A stretch of 64,000 nt of DNA from Thermoanaerobaculia bacterium. Its GTDB lineage: Bacteria; Acidobacteriota; Thermoanaerobaculia; Gp7-AA8. The notes beneath the pieces are model-generated. The model searched no databases. It saw only the letters and a program-made list of their open reading frames with translations, and was not told the DNA's origin. The position numbers and the translations under genes were made by a program. Shown piece after piece: positions 34,119 through 42,575 of this stretch (within the stretch, counting starts at the first letter, position 1; the number at the start of each line of letters is the position of its first letter). The stretch lies in NCBI GenBank assembly GCA_038230535.1, contig JBBRNB010000006.1, positions 10,531 through 74,530 on the forward strand. The letters are read 5' to 3'.

Positions 34119-35138
34119 ATGCCCCCCTCCCCACCCACCTGGCAATTCGAAGGCGTCGTAAGGCTGACGCGCATCGGCACCTCGTTTGTCGTCTTCACAG
34201 TCGTCATCGGGTTCGCGGCCATCAATACCGGCAACAACTCTCTCTACATCGGGCTCTCCTTCCTGCTCGGTTGTCTGCTCCTGTCGGGCATCGCTTCGAA
34301 GGGCGGTCTCGAGCATCTCGTCGTGGAGCTCGACGGCATCGACGAGGCGTGGGCGATGCGGACGGCGCACGGGCGGCTTCGCATCATCAATCGTTCGCGG
34401 ATCTGGAACGTGCGTGACGTGATTCTGACTTCTGACGACCTGGCCGCACCGCTCTCCCTCCCGCTGATCGAGCGCCGCGGCGAGGTCGTGGCACACGCGC
34501 AGTTCCGCTTTCGCCGCCGCGGCCTCGTGCAACCCAGCCGCGTCGGTCTTTACACCCGCTACCCGTTTGGCTTTTTCCTGAAGAAGCGCCGCGTGCGGCT
34601 GTCCGGCGATGTCGTCGTGTTTCCCCGGCTTCTCGACGAGGATGTTGTTCGCGATCGTTTTCGTGCGATCGAAGGGGAGTTGCATTCATCCAACCGCGTT
34701 GGCGGCGGTACCGAGCTTCACTCTTTTCGCGACTACGTCCGCGGCGACTCTCTCCGCCGGGTCCACTGGAAGAAGTCCGCATCCCTCGGGCGCTGGATCA
34801 TCAAGCAGACCGAGATCGAGGCCGGCCGATCGGTACACGTCGTCGTCGACCCGTACCGGCCGGGGGGTGTGAGCGAAGAGGAATTCGAAGAGATGATCAG
34901 CGAGGCCGCGACGTTCCTCGATGGCGCGCTGCGAGGGGAGCTCGAGATCGCCTTCTCCATCCCTGCGATGACCCTTCGTTCTGACCGTGATACCGAAGCG
35001 TCGATGTTCCGCGCTCTGGCGTTACTCGAAGCGACGCGTGAGCCGATTGCTCAGGTGGTCGATGGGGATAGCGTTGTGTTTAGCGTGTCGCAATACGCGC
35101 GTGTCGGGAGTCGGGTGCCGGGGGTCGGAGGTGGCTGA
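34119..35138 (+). CDS. DUF58 domain protein
   Basis: DSLRRVHWKKSASLGRW matches the D.R.IHW..SAR DUF58 motif. Two N-terminal TM helices. Start taken at the ATG at 34119; the track start is a TTG at 34041. Confidence 0.8.
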   Translation: MPPSPPTWQFEGVVRLTRIGTSFVVFTVVIGFAAINTGNNSLYIGLSFLLGCLLLSGIASKGGLEHLVVELDGIDEAWAMRTAHGRLRIINRSRIWNVRDVILTSDDLAAPLSLPLIERRGEVVAHAQFRFRRRGLVQPSRVGLYTRYPFGFFLKKRRVRLSGDVVVFPRLLDEDVVRDRFRAIEGELHSSNRVGGGTELHSFRDYVRGDSLRRVHWKKSASLGRWIIKQTEIEAGRSVHVVVDPYRPGGVSEEEFEEMISEAATFLDGALRGELEIAFSIPAMTLRSDRDTEASMFRALALLEATREPIAQVVDGDSVVFSVSQYARVGSRVPGVGGG

Positions 35139-35283
35139 CGTGGAGCGGCGCTTCTCGAGAGAGACAGAGGTCTTGTCTGCGGGAGTCGGGGGGCGGGCGT
35201 CGCGCGTCGGAGAAGCTGTCTCCGACCCCCGACCCCCGACAGCCGGCACCCGTCATCGCGACCTCGAGCTCCTCTTCTTCACA

Positions 35284-37191
35284 ATGTTTGCCGCGATCCC
35301 GCTGTACGCGACGCAGACGATCTCGGCGCCGTCGCTGCTGGCCTTTCACGCAATGATGCTGGCGATCGCGGTTCGTGTAGCGCGCGGGAAGGGACCGGAA
35401 GTCGTTCCGGCGATCGTCATGCGCGTTCTGGCGGCCGCGTACGTCCCGTTCTACATCATCGATGCGGCAGTGATCTCGCGCAGCGCCATCGCCGCGTCGA
35501 CGCATCTCATCCTCTTCATCGCCGCGTACCAGCCGATCGAATCGACGCGGACGCCCAACACCGCACAGCGCCTGCTCACGGCATCGCTCATCTTCACCGC
35601 CAGCGTGGCCACGTCGACACACATCGCCATCCTTCCGTTCGTCATCCTCTTCGGATTCCTCCTGCTGCGGCAGCTCATGCACGTCAGCCACGAAGAGACC
35701 GCGAAGATGACCGGTGTTCCGGCTCACGCACTGCCGTCCGGCCGTGCCGCTGCGTTCTACGTCTGTGGCGCGATGTTCATCGGCGTTCTTCTCTTTCCGA
35801 TGCTGCCGCGTGTCCGCAATCCGCTGCTCCCGGGGATGTCAGGGCCGCTCAACAACGCCGCGACGGGCCTCAGCGACTCGATCAACCTCAACGAGCCGCG
35901 GTCGATCAGCAGCGACGCCACCGTGGTCAGCCGCATCTGGATGGGGCCGGAGACGATCCCGTTCTTCACGCCGTTGCGGCTGAAAGGGACGATCTACGAG
36001 CGATTTACGAACAACACCTGGCTGCAGGGACGGCGTGACTTCTACCCCCTCGAAAGCAGCGACGGCGCGACGCGGGTGGCACTGCCGGAGGGATTCACCA
36101 GGAAGGCCAGCGTGCAGCAGCGCTTCATTCTCGGGAGCCGTCTGTTTCTGCCGGTCGGCACCTACGAGGTCAGCGGCGCCGGTCAGATCGCGGAAGGGCC
36201 GACGCGCGACATCTTCACGGTCTGGCAGTCGCATCGCGACGTCGTCACCTACGACGTGGCTTTGGCGCACGAGACCACTTCGCGGCGGCCGCGGAATGTA
36301 GCAGTCTCGAATTATCCGGTGACGCCTGCGGTCCTCGCGCTGGCGCAGCAGATCGCTGGGCGCGAGACCGATCCCATGCGGCAGGCCGCGGCGGTCGAGC
36401 GGTACCTCTCCACCCGCTTCCGCTACGTGCCCGACCCATCGAAGATCGGACACTCCATGACTGTCGACCAGTTCCTGCTGCAGGAACGCCGCGGGCATTG
36501 CGAGTACTTTGCGGCCGGGATGGTGGCGCTGATGACGGCGCTCAACACCCCGGCGCGCATCGTTGGCGGCTTCTACGGTGGGACGCTCAATCCGTTGGCG
36601 GGCTACTTCATCATCCGCCGCGAGGACGCTCATGCATGGGTGGAGGTGTGGGACGGAAGGTTGTGGCAGACCTTCGACCCGACTCCCGCATCGCTCCGTC
36701 CCGGCAATACGCAGGATGGCCTGCTGCACATGTACGCATCCGCACTGTCGGACTCGGTGAACTATTTCTGGGACCGCCATATCCTTACATTCGGCCTGGG
36801 TGACCAGATCGCACTGGTGCTCGACCTTTACGGCCGCGTCCGCGGCTTGACTGTAGCGTCGAACGTCGTGCTGCGCAGCCCGGTCACCCGCAACCTGGCC
36901 TCGCTCATCGCCGTTCTCCTCATCGCCGGTTGCGCCTTCTTCGTCCTCTCACGCCGCCGCCGCACGCTCTTCGACCTTCTCGCCGCGCACATGCGCCGCT
37001 TCGGCATTCAGGTAGGTCCGGCGATGACGATGGCTGAGGCGTTGGACCAGCTGCGGTCGTTACACCCTGCCGCCGCGCTGGAGCTTGCCCCGCTGATCGA
37101 GCTCTACGAAGCGGAACGGTTTTCAGGTAATCCCGAAAAGGAGAGAGTGAAAAAAATTCGCAGGCGCCTGTCCGAGATCACGACTTCTTGA
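35284..37191 (+). CDS. transglutaminase-like (TGc) membrane protein with an N-terminal multi-TM (DUF3488-like) region
   Basis: Cys protease-like core GHCEYFAAGMVALMTALNTPARIV ... DAHAWVEVWDGRLWQTFDPT (C/H/D triad). 6-7 N-terminal TM helices. ATG at 35284; an earlier GTG start near 35140 is possible. Confidence 0.8.
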   Translation: MFAAIPLYATQTISAPSLLAFHAMMLAIAVRVARGKGPEVVPAIVMRVLAAAYVPFYIIDAAVISRSAIAASTHLILFIAAYQPIESTRTPNTAQRLLTASLIFTASVATSTHIAILPFVILFGFLLLRQLMHVSHEETAKMTGVPAHALPSGRAAAFYVCGAMFIGVLLFPMLPRVRNPLLPGMSGPLNNAATGLSDSINLNEPRSISSDATVVSRIWMGPETIPFFTPLRLKGTIYERFTNNTWLQGRRDFYPLESSDGATRVALPEGFTRKASVQQRFILGSRLFLPVGTYEVSGAGQIAEGPTRDIFTVWQSHRDVVTYDVALAHETTSRRPRNVAVSNYPVTPAVLALAQQIAGRETDPMRQAAAVERYLSTRFRYVPDPSKIGHSMTVDQFLLQERRGHCEYFAAGMVALMTALNTPARIVGGFYGGTLNPLAGYFIIRREDAHAWVEVWDGRLWQTFDPTPASLRPGNTQDGLLHMYASALSDSVNYFWDRHILTFGLGDQIALVLDLYGRVRGLTVASNVVLRSPVTRNLASLIAVLLIAGCAFFVLSRRRRTLFDLLAAHMRRFGIQVGPAMTMAEALDQLRSLHPAAALELAPLIELYEAERFSGNPEKERVKKIRRRLSEITTS

Positions 37192-37214
37192 TCTGCGGAT
37201 CGAGTCTTCGAAAC

Positions 37215-37940
37215 TCATCTCCGGGGCGAAGACATCAAACCAATCATCTCCCGCACGGCCCGCTCCAACCCCACCAACGCCGCCCGTGCCACGATCGAAT
37301 GTCCGATGTTCAGCTCCTCGATGTCGCTGAGCGCCGCGATGCCGTCGATGTTGCGATAGTTCAGTCCATGTCCAGCCAGAACCACCAGCCCCATCTTCCG
37401 CGCCGCCTTCGCCGCCGTAGCGACCTTCTCCAGCTCCGCCGCCCAACCGCTCCCGCGCTTCCACGCCTGGGCGTACTTCCCGGTGTTGATCTCCACCTTC
37501 GGCGCCCGCAATTTCTGACACTGCCGCAACTGCTCCAGATCCGGATCGACGAAGATCGAGACGTCGATGCCGGCATCGATCAATTGCCGGACGGTCTTGT
37601 CGACATTGCCCGAGTGCAGGACGACGTCCAGCCCCCCCTCGGTGGTCAGCTCGTCGCGCCGCTCCGGCACCAGCGTCACCTGATGAGGCTTGATCGTCTG
37701 CGCGACGCGAGCCATCTCCACCGAGGCCGCCATCTCGACGTTGAGGTGCGTGGTCACCGTGCGCACCAGCAACTCGGTATCGCGGTCCTGGATGTGCCGC
37801 CGGTCGCCGCGCAGATGGACCGTAATCCCCTGCGCCCCCGCCAGCTCACAAATAGCCGCGGCCGTAACCGGATCAGGCTCGTCGCTCTTGCGAGCTTCAC
37901 GGATGGTGGCGATGTGATCGATGTTGACGGCCAGACGCAT
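37215..37940 (-). CDS. pdxJ: pyridoxine 5'-phosphate synthase
   Basis: LAVNIDHIATIREAR...VHLRGDRRHI...VEINTGKYA matches PdxJ over its full length. Confidence 0.9.
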   Translation of the reverse strand: MRLAVNIDHIATIREARKSDEPDPVTAAAICELAGAQGITVHLRGDRRHIQDRDTELLVRTVTTHLNVEMAASVEMARVAQTIKPHQVTLVPERRDELTTEGGLDVVLHSGNVDKTVRQLIDAGIDVSIFVDPDLEQLRQCQKLRAPKVEINTGKYAQAWKRGSGWAAELEKVATAAKAARKMGLVVLAGHGLNYRNIDGIAALSDIEELNIGHSIVARAALVGLERAVREMIGLMSSPRR

Positions 37941-37992
37941 GAGGGAAGGTTAGCAGATCACCCCGTAGCGCCGGCGCTACGATTGCCGCGTC

Positions 37993-38769
37993 TCACAACC
38001 GCCGCAGCGTCACGTACGTGATCGCAGCCATCGTGACGAGTACGAACCCCAGATAGATCGACACGATGGCAGCGGTCTTTACCGCCGTCAGCCAGCGACG
38101 CCCACCGTAGACGCGCTGTAACGCCATCCCGAGGTATGGAAACACCGTCAGAACCAGCAGCAGCCGGATCACTGTGAAGACACGGTTATGAATCGGACTG
38201 AGCGCTTCGAACAGCGCCAGCATCACGAACGCGAAGGCGTGATAATGCACGGCGAAGTAGAAGTGGGGGACATACATCCGTTCGGCGCGGAAGTAGAAGG
38301 CGAAGACGATCAACGCGAAGAGCGGCATGAGGATGAACATGGCCTTGGGGAACGCCGACTCCATGGCATGCGCGAGAATGGCCGGATCTTTGTTCACTCG
38401 ATCCGCTGCCTCGATCAACTGCGCGTCTCCCCCTTTTGTAATGTTCACATGCATCTTCGAAACGGGAAGGAGACCGAGGATTGCGAAGAAAAGAAGGCTG
38501 CAGAGCAGGTAGACGCGTACCGGCGTCACCGAACGGATTCGCTTCCCAGCCAGGAATTCGGCGGTCAACTGGCCGGGCCTGAGGAGCAGCAGCCCCGCCG
38601 TACGGATGAGCTTCCCGTCAACGTGCGCGAGCTCGTGCACCGCCTCGTGCAGCAACTCATGCATGGTCGGACGAACGTGAACGACTCGCTGCCCACACTG
38701 ACCACACCATTGCCCAGCCAGCGCCGCGCCGCAGTTCAAGCACGGTCCGGTGTATGTCGTCTCATCCAT
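37993..38769 (-). CDS. DUF3667-like zinc-ribbon membrane protein
   Basis: CLNCGAALAGQWCGQCGQ zinc ribbon and an HELLHEAVHEL motif, then 4-5 TM helices. ATG at 38769 (MDETTYT). Confidence 0.65.
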   Translation of the reverse strand: MDETTYTGPCLNCGAALAGQWCGQCGQRVVHVRPTMHELLHEAVHELAHVDGKLIRTAGLLLLRPGQLTAEFLAGKRIRSVTPVRVYLLCSLLFFAILGLLPVSKMHVNITKGGDAQLIEAADRVNKDPAILAHAMESAFPKAMFILMPLFALIVFAFYFRAERMYVPHFYFAVHYHAFAFVMLALFEALSPIHNRVFTVIRLLLVLTVFPYLGMALQRVYGGRRWLTAVKTAAIVSIYLGFVLVTMAAITYVTLRRL

Positions 38770-38879
38770 CGATAAAGGAATGATAGCAACTGGAACCCGC
38801 CGTCTCGACAGCCAGACGCTTGACTCGACGAAACGCCGGCGTCTCGCCGGCTGGCTCGGCGGCGTCCCGCCGCCGAACG

Positions 38880-38945
38880 CGAAGGTGAAAACCACTCACC
38901 CGAGGGTGAAAATAACTTGCGCGAGGGTGAGAACCAAATGCACGC
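38880..38945. promoter_or_regulatory. three direct repeats (GAGGGTGAAAA-like) at about 21-bp spacing upstream of the ABC-F gene
   Basis: AAGGTGAAAACCACTCACCC GAGGGTGAAAATAACTTGCGC GAGGGTGAGAACCAAATGCAC. Confidence 0.35.
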
Positions 38946-39044
38946 CCGCCTTCGGCCTGCTTTCGCTGAGATCCGAAACGTCCAAACTCGTTCCGCCCGA
39001 CTTCGTGGAAGGCCCGCGACCTCCGTTGCGTTGACGGCTCGGCA

Positions 39045-41006
39045 ATGCTCTATCGGTTTGACAATATTGAGAAATCCTACGGGCCCCACGACATCGTAAA
39101 AGGGGCGACGTGGCAGCACAATCCTGGCGAGAAGGTCGGTCTGGTCGGCCGTAACGGTGCGGGGAAGACGACGCTCTTCCGATTGCTGCTGAAACAGGAG
39201 GATACGGATCACGGCCAGATCCTGCGTGCCTCGGGGCTCACCATCGGCCACGTCGGCCAGCATCTCGATGCAGAGCCGGGGATGTCGCTCTTCGACTACG
39301 TCGAGACGGCGTTTGCTGACGTGCTGGCGATCGAGCGGAAGATGCGTGCCATCGAGCACGATCTGGCCGATTCCACGAAAAGCGCTGCCGAGCACGAGAA
39401 GTTGCTAGGGAAGTACGCCGGACTGCAGCACGACTACGAGCATGCGGATGGCTACACCCTGCACGCCGAGGTCGAGAGGGTACTGACGGGGGTCGGGTTT
39501 GCGAAAGAGGAGTGGGAACGTCCGATCGCGGAGTTCAGTGGCGGCCAGCAGAATCGGGCCATGCTCGCCCGCGTCCTCCTCACCGACGTCGACCTCCTGC
39601 TTCTTGACGAGCCCACCAACCATCTCGACCTGGCCGGCATCGAGTTCCTCGAGGAGTTCCTCCAGTCGTTCAAGGGTAGCTATCTCCTCATCTCTCATGA
39701 CCGGACGTTTCTCAACCGAACCGTCCAAAAGATCGTCGAGCTCGCCCATGGCAAGCTGATCGAGTACTCCGGCAACTACGAGCGCTTTCTCCAACTCCGT
39801 GGCGAGCGGATGGAGAAGATGGCCGCCGACTACGAGAGGCAGCAGGAGTACGTCGAGAAGACGCAGGACTTCATCCGCCGCAATATCGCCGGCCAGAAAA
39901 CGAAACAGGCCAAGTCGAGGCGCAAGATGCTGGCGAAGCTGGACGAGGTGGAGCGGCCGGAGACCGACGAGACGCTGGCGAACTTCAAGCTCGAAGCAGG
40001 CCCGCGCTCCGGCGCCGTGGCGCTGACGGCGGACCACATCACTGTCGGATACGGCGACAAAGCGGTGGTCAACGACCTGACCATGACCATCCGCCGCGGC
40101 GAGCGCTACGCCATCATTGGTCCGAATGGATCCGGCAAATCGACGTTGCTGAAGACGTTCGCCGGTAGGCTGGCAACACTGGACGGCGCTGTCACCTACG
40201 GACACAACGTCCAGGTTGGCTACTACGATCAGACCCTCGGCGACCTGAATCCGACGGGCAACGTCATCGACGAGGTATGGAACCTCGATCACTCGCAGTC
40301 CGAAGAAGAGGTGCGGAGCTATCTCGCCCAGTTCTCATTCTTCGACGATGACGTTTTCAAGAAGACGCGCGAGCTCTCCGGCGGTGAGAAGGGGCGGCTG
40401 GCGCTTGCGAAGATCATCTACACCGGAGGCAACGTCATGCTGCTTGACGAGCCGACGAACCATCTCGATGTCTACACCCGCGAAGCTCTGGAGGAGGCGT
40501 TGGAGCGCTTCACCGGAGCGCTGATCGTCGTCTCCCACGATCGCTATTTCATCGACCGGGTCGTCGAGCACGTGATCCTTGTCGAGGACGGGAGTGCGGA
40601 TGTTTTTGCCGGCAACTACAGCGATTACGCGGAAAGGGTGAAGACGGACGCTGCCATTCCGCGCAAACAGGAAGCCCTCGCGCAGCCGTCTCGACGTGTG
40701 GAGCCGGCGCCCTCGCCGGCCCGCGCCGCCGATCGAAAACAACAATCCCCTGAGCAGCGCGCCGAACAGAAGAAACGCGACAAACGCCTGAAGAAGATCG
40801 ACGAAGAGATTGCGGAAATCGAGTCGCGCATCGCCGCGGCGGAGCGCGAGCGCGAGCGCAACGATCTCCTGCTCTGTTCCGAAGAGGTCTTCCGCGACGG
40901 CGAGCGCAGCCGGAAGATCCAGGCTCAGAACGCCGATCTGAAGGCAATGGTGGAGCTGCTGTACGGCAAGTGGGAAGTGCTGACCAAGGGGAGGGAGGCG
41001 GAGTAA
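39045..41006 (+). CDS. ABC-F family ATPase (two ABC domains plus C-terminal coiled-coil; Uup/YheS-like translation or DNA-associated factor)
   Basis: Two Walker A motifs (GRNGAGKTT, GPNGSGKST) and two LSGG signatures (FSGGQQNR, LSGGEKGR). No TM domains. Lys/Glu-rich C-terminal helix. Confidence 0.9.
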   Translation: MLYRFDNIEKSYGPHDIVKGATWQHNPGEKVGLVGRNGAGKTTLFRLLLKQEDTDHGQILRASGLTIGHVGQHLDAEPGMSLFDYVETAFADVLAIERKMRAIEHDLADSTKSAAEHEKLLGKYAGLQHDYEHADGYTLHAEVERVLTGVGFAKEEWERPIAEFSGGQQNRAMLARVLLTDVDLLLLDEPTNHLDLAGIEFLEEFLQSFKGSYLLISHDRTFLNRTVQKIVELAHGKLIEYSGNYERFLQLRGERMEKMAADYERQQEYVEKTQDFIRRNIAGQKTKQAKSRRKMLAKLDEVERPETDETLANFKLEAGPRSGAVALTADHITVGYGDKAVVNDLTMTIRRGERYAIIGPNGSGKSTLLKTFAGRLATLDGAVTYGHNVQVGYYDQTLGDLNPTGNVIDEVWNLDHSQSEEEVRSYLAQFSFFDDDVFKKTRELSGGEKGRLALAKIIYTGGNVMLLDEPTNHLDVYTREALEEALERFTGALIVVSHDRYFIDRVVEHVILVEDGSADVFAGNYSDYAERVKTDAAIPRKQEALAQPSRRVEPAPSPARAADRKQQSPEQRAEQKKRDKRLKKIDEEIAEIESRIAAAERERERNDLLLCSEEVFRDGERSRKIQAQNADLKAMVELLYGKWEVLTKGREAE

Positions 41007-41135
41007 TTCTGGGTCTCGTGGTTGCCGAGCTGCTCGCATAGGTTGCCAGGTTGCTGGGTTGCTCGGTACGCTGCGCGGAATGGTTACTTCCAAGAACGGG
41101 CAACCTGGCAACTCAGCAACCCAGCAACCAACCAA
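41000..41135. repeat. GTTGCTGGGTTG / CAACCCAGCAAC-family hairpin; the right arm overlaps the cinA start region
   Basis: GGTTGCCAGGTTGCTGGGTTGCTCGG...GGCAACCTGGCAACTCAGCAACCCAGCAACCAACC. Confidence 0.7.
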
Positions 41136-42366
41136 TGCAGCATCGATCATCGCCATCGGCTCCGAGATGCTCGGGCCGGCTCGTGTCGACACCAACTCTC
41201 TCAAAGTCACGGCTGCTTTCGAGTCGTTCGGGATTGGCGTTATCCGCAAGAGCGTAGTTGGTGATACGCAAGGCGAATTGGTCGACGAGATCCGCTACTC
41301 GCTGGCGCACGCGGACATCCTCATCACCTCGGGCGGTCTCGGGCCAACCGAGGACGACATGACCCGCGAAGCGCTCGCCGAAGCGCTGGGACTGAAGATG
41401 GAGGTCGATACGGGGATCATCGAGCGGCTCGAGAAACGCTTCGCTGCTCGAGGCTGGAAGATGCCGGAAGTCAACAAGCGGCAGGCGAATGTCTTCATCG
41501 GCCAGAATACGCTCACGAACGAGCGGGGGACGGCGCCCGGCTTTCACATCGGGCAAGAGGGCAAGCATGTCTGGGTTTTCCCTGGCGTGCCGCACGAGCT
41601 GGAGTGGATGGTGGCCACGTACCTGACTCCGTGGCTGGCGTCGATCACGTCCGGACAGTCTCGCTTCCGCCGTGTCCTGAAGATCGCGGGGATGACAGAG
41701 TCGGGCGTCGAGGAGCACTTGAAGCCGTACTACACCGCCCATCCGGAGCCGCTGACGATCCTCTCCACCATGGGGCAGATCGAGTTGCACCTGGCCGCCG
41801 ACGGCGCCGAGGCCGAGGCACTGGCGCGGATCGGCGCGCTCGAGGGCGAACTGCGTGAGCTCTTCGGCGACAAGATCTTCGGCGCTGATGACGACACGCT
41901 GGAGGCAGTTGCCGGCCGGATACTGACGGAGCGTGCCGAGACCGTTGCCACTGCGGAGTCGTGTACCGGTGGTCTGATGGCATCGCGTATTACCGATGTA
42001 CCCGGCAGTTCGGCGTACTTCAAGGGTGGCGCCGTCTGCTATACGGCTGCCGCGAAGACGGCGCTGGCCGGTGTCGATCCGGTACTCATCGCGGAGCACG
42101 GCGAAGTTTCCGAGGCTGTAGCGATCGCTCTCGCTCGCGGTGCGCGCGAGAGGTTCGGTACAACGTACGGTGTCGGAATCACCGGCATCGCTGGGCCAGG
42201 CGGTGGCACCGAGGAGAAGCCGGTCGGTACCGTTCACATCGCGGTAGCCGGCCCCGAGGGGTACAAACATCGCAAGATGTTGTGGCCGCTGGAGCGCAGC
42301 CTCTTCAAACGCATCACCACACAATCGGCGATGGATCTGTTGCGGTTGTTCATCGTGCGCACGTGA
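41080..42366 (+). CDS. cinA: competence/damage-inducible protein CinA (MocF-like domain plus CinA C-terminal domain)
   Basis: IIAIGSEML...ILITSGGLGPTEDDMTREALAEAL and a C-terminal TAESCTGGLMA motif. First in-frame ATG is at 41080, so the first roughly 19 aa (MVTSKNGQPGNSATQQPTN) are encoded by the repeat arm. Confidence 0.8.
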   Translation: MVTSKNGQPGNSATQQPTNAASIIAIGSEMLGPARVDTNSLKVTAAFESFGIGVIRKSVVGDTQGELVDEIRYSLAHADILITSGGLGPTEDDMTREALAEALGLKMEVDTGIIERLEKRFAARGWKMPEVNKRQANVFIGQNTLTNERGTAPGFHIGQEGKHVWVFPGVPHELEWMVATYLTPWLASITSGQSRFRRVLKIAGMTESGVEEHLKPYYTAHPEPLTILSTMGQIELHLAADGAEAEALARIGALEGELRELFGDKIFGADDDTLEAVAGRILTERAETVATAESCTGGLMASRITDVPGSSAYFKGGAVCYTAAAKTALAGVDPVLIAEHGEVSEAVAIALARGARERFGTTYGVGITGIAGPGGGTEEKPVGTVHIAVAGPEGYKHRKMLWPLERSLFKRITTQSAMDLLRLFIVRT

Positions 42367-42376
42367 CATCCACCTT

Positions 42377-42559
42377 GTGTGTATGAAGCGGATGAACGGC
42401 ATCACAATCCGGTCGGCAAACGATTGTCTGATTGCAGCGAGTGCGATTCTCAACCGCATCGAGCTTCTGCATGCCGATCGCGATTTTGACTACATCGCAG
42501 GCATTACCAATCTGCAGGCACGCAACATCAAACCTTCCGTGCCGGCAGCGTGTTCGTGA
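42377..42559 (+). pseudogene. remnant of a PIN-domain (VapC-like) toxin gene, C-terminal third only
   Basis: A 60-aa ORF ending ...DCLIAASAILNRIELLHADRDFDYIAGI resembles the conserved C-terminal D-containing block of VapC. No N-terminal PIN residues and no antitoxin gene are present. Confidence 0.4.
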
Positions 42560-42575
42560 GCGGCGGGGAAACTGC

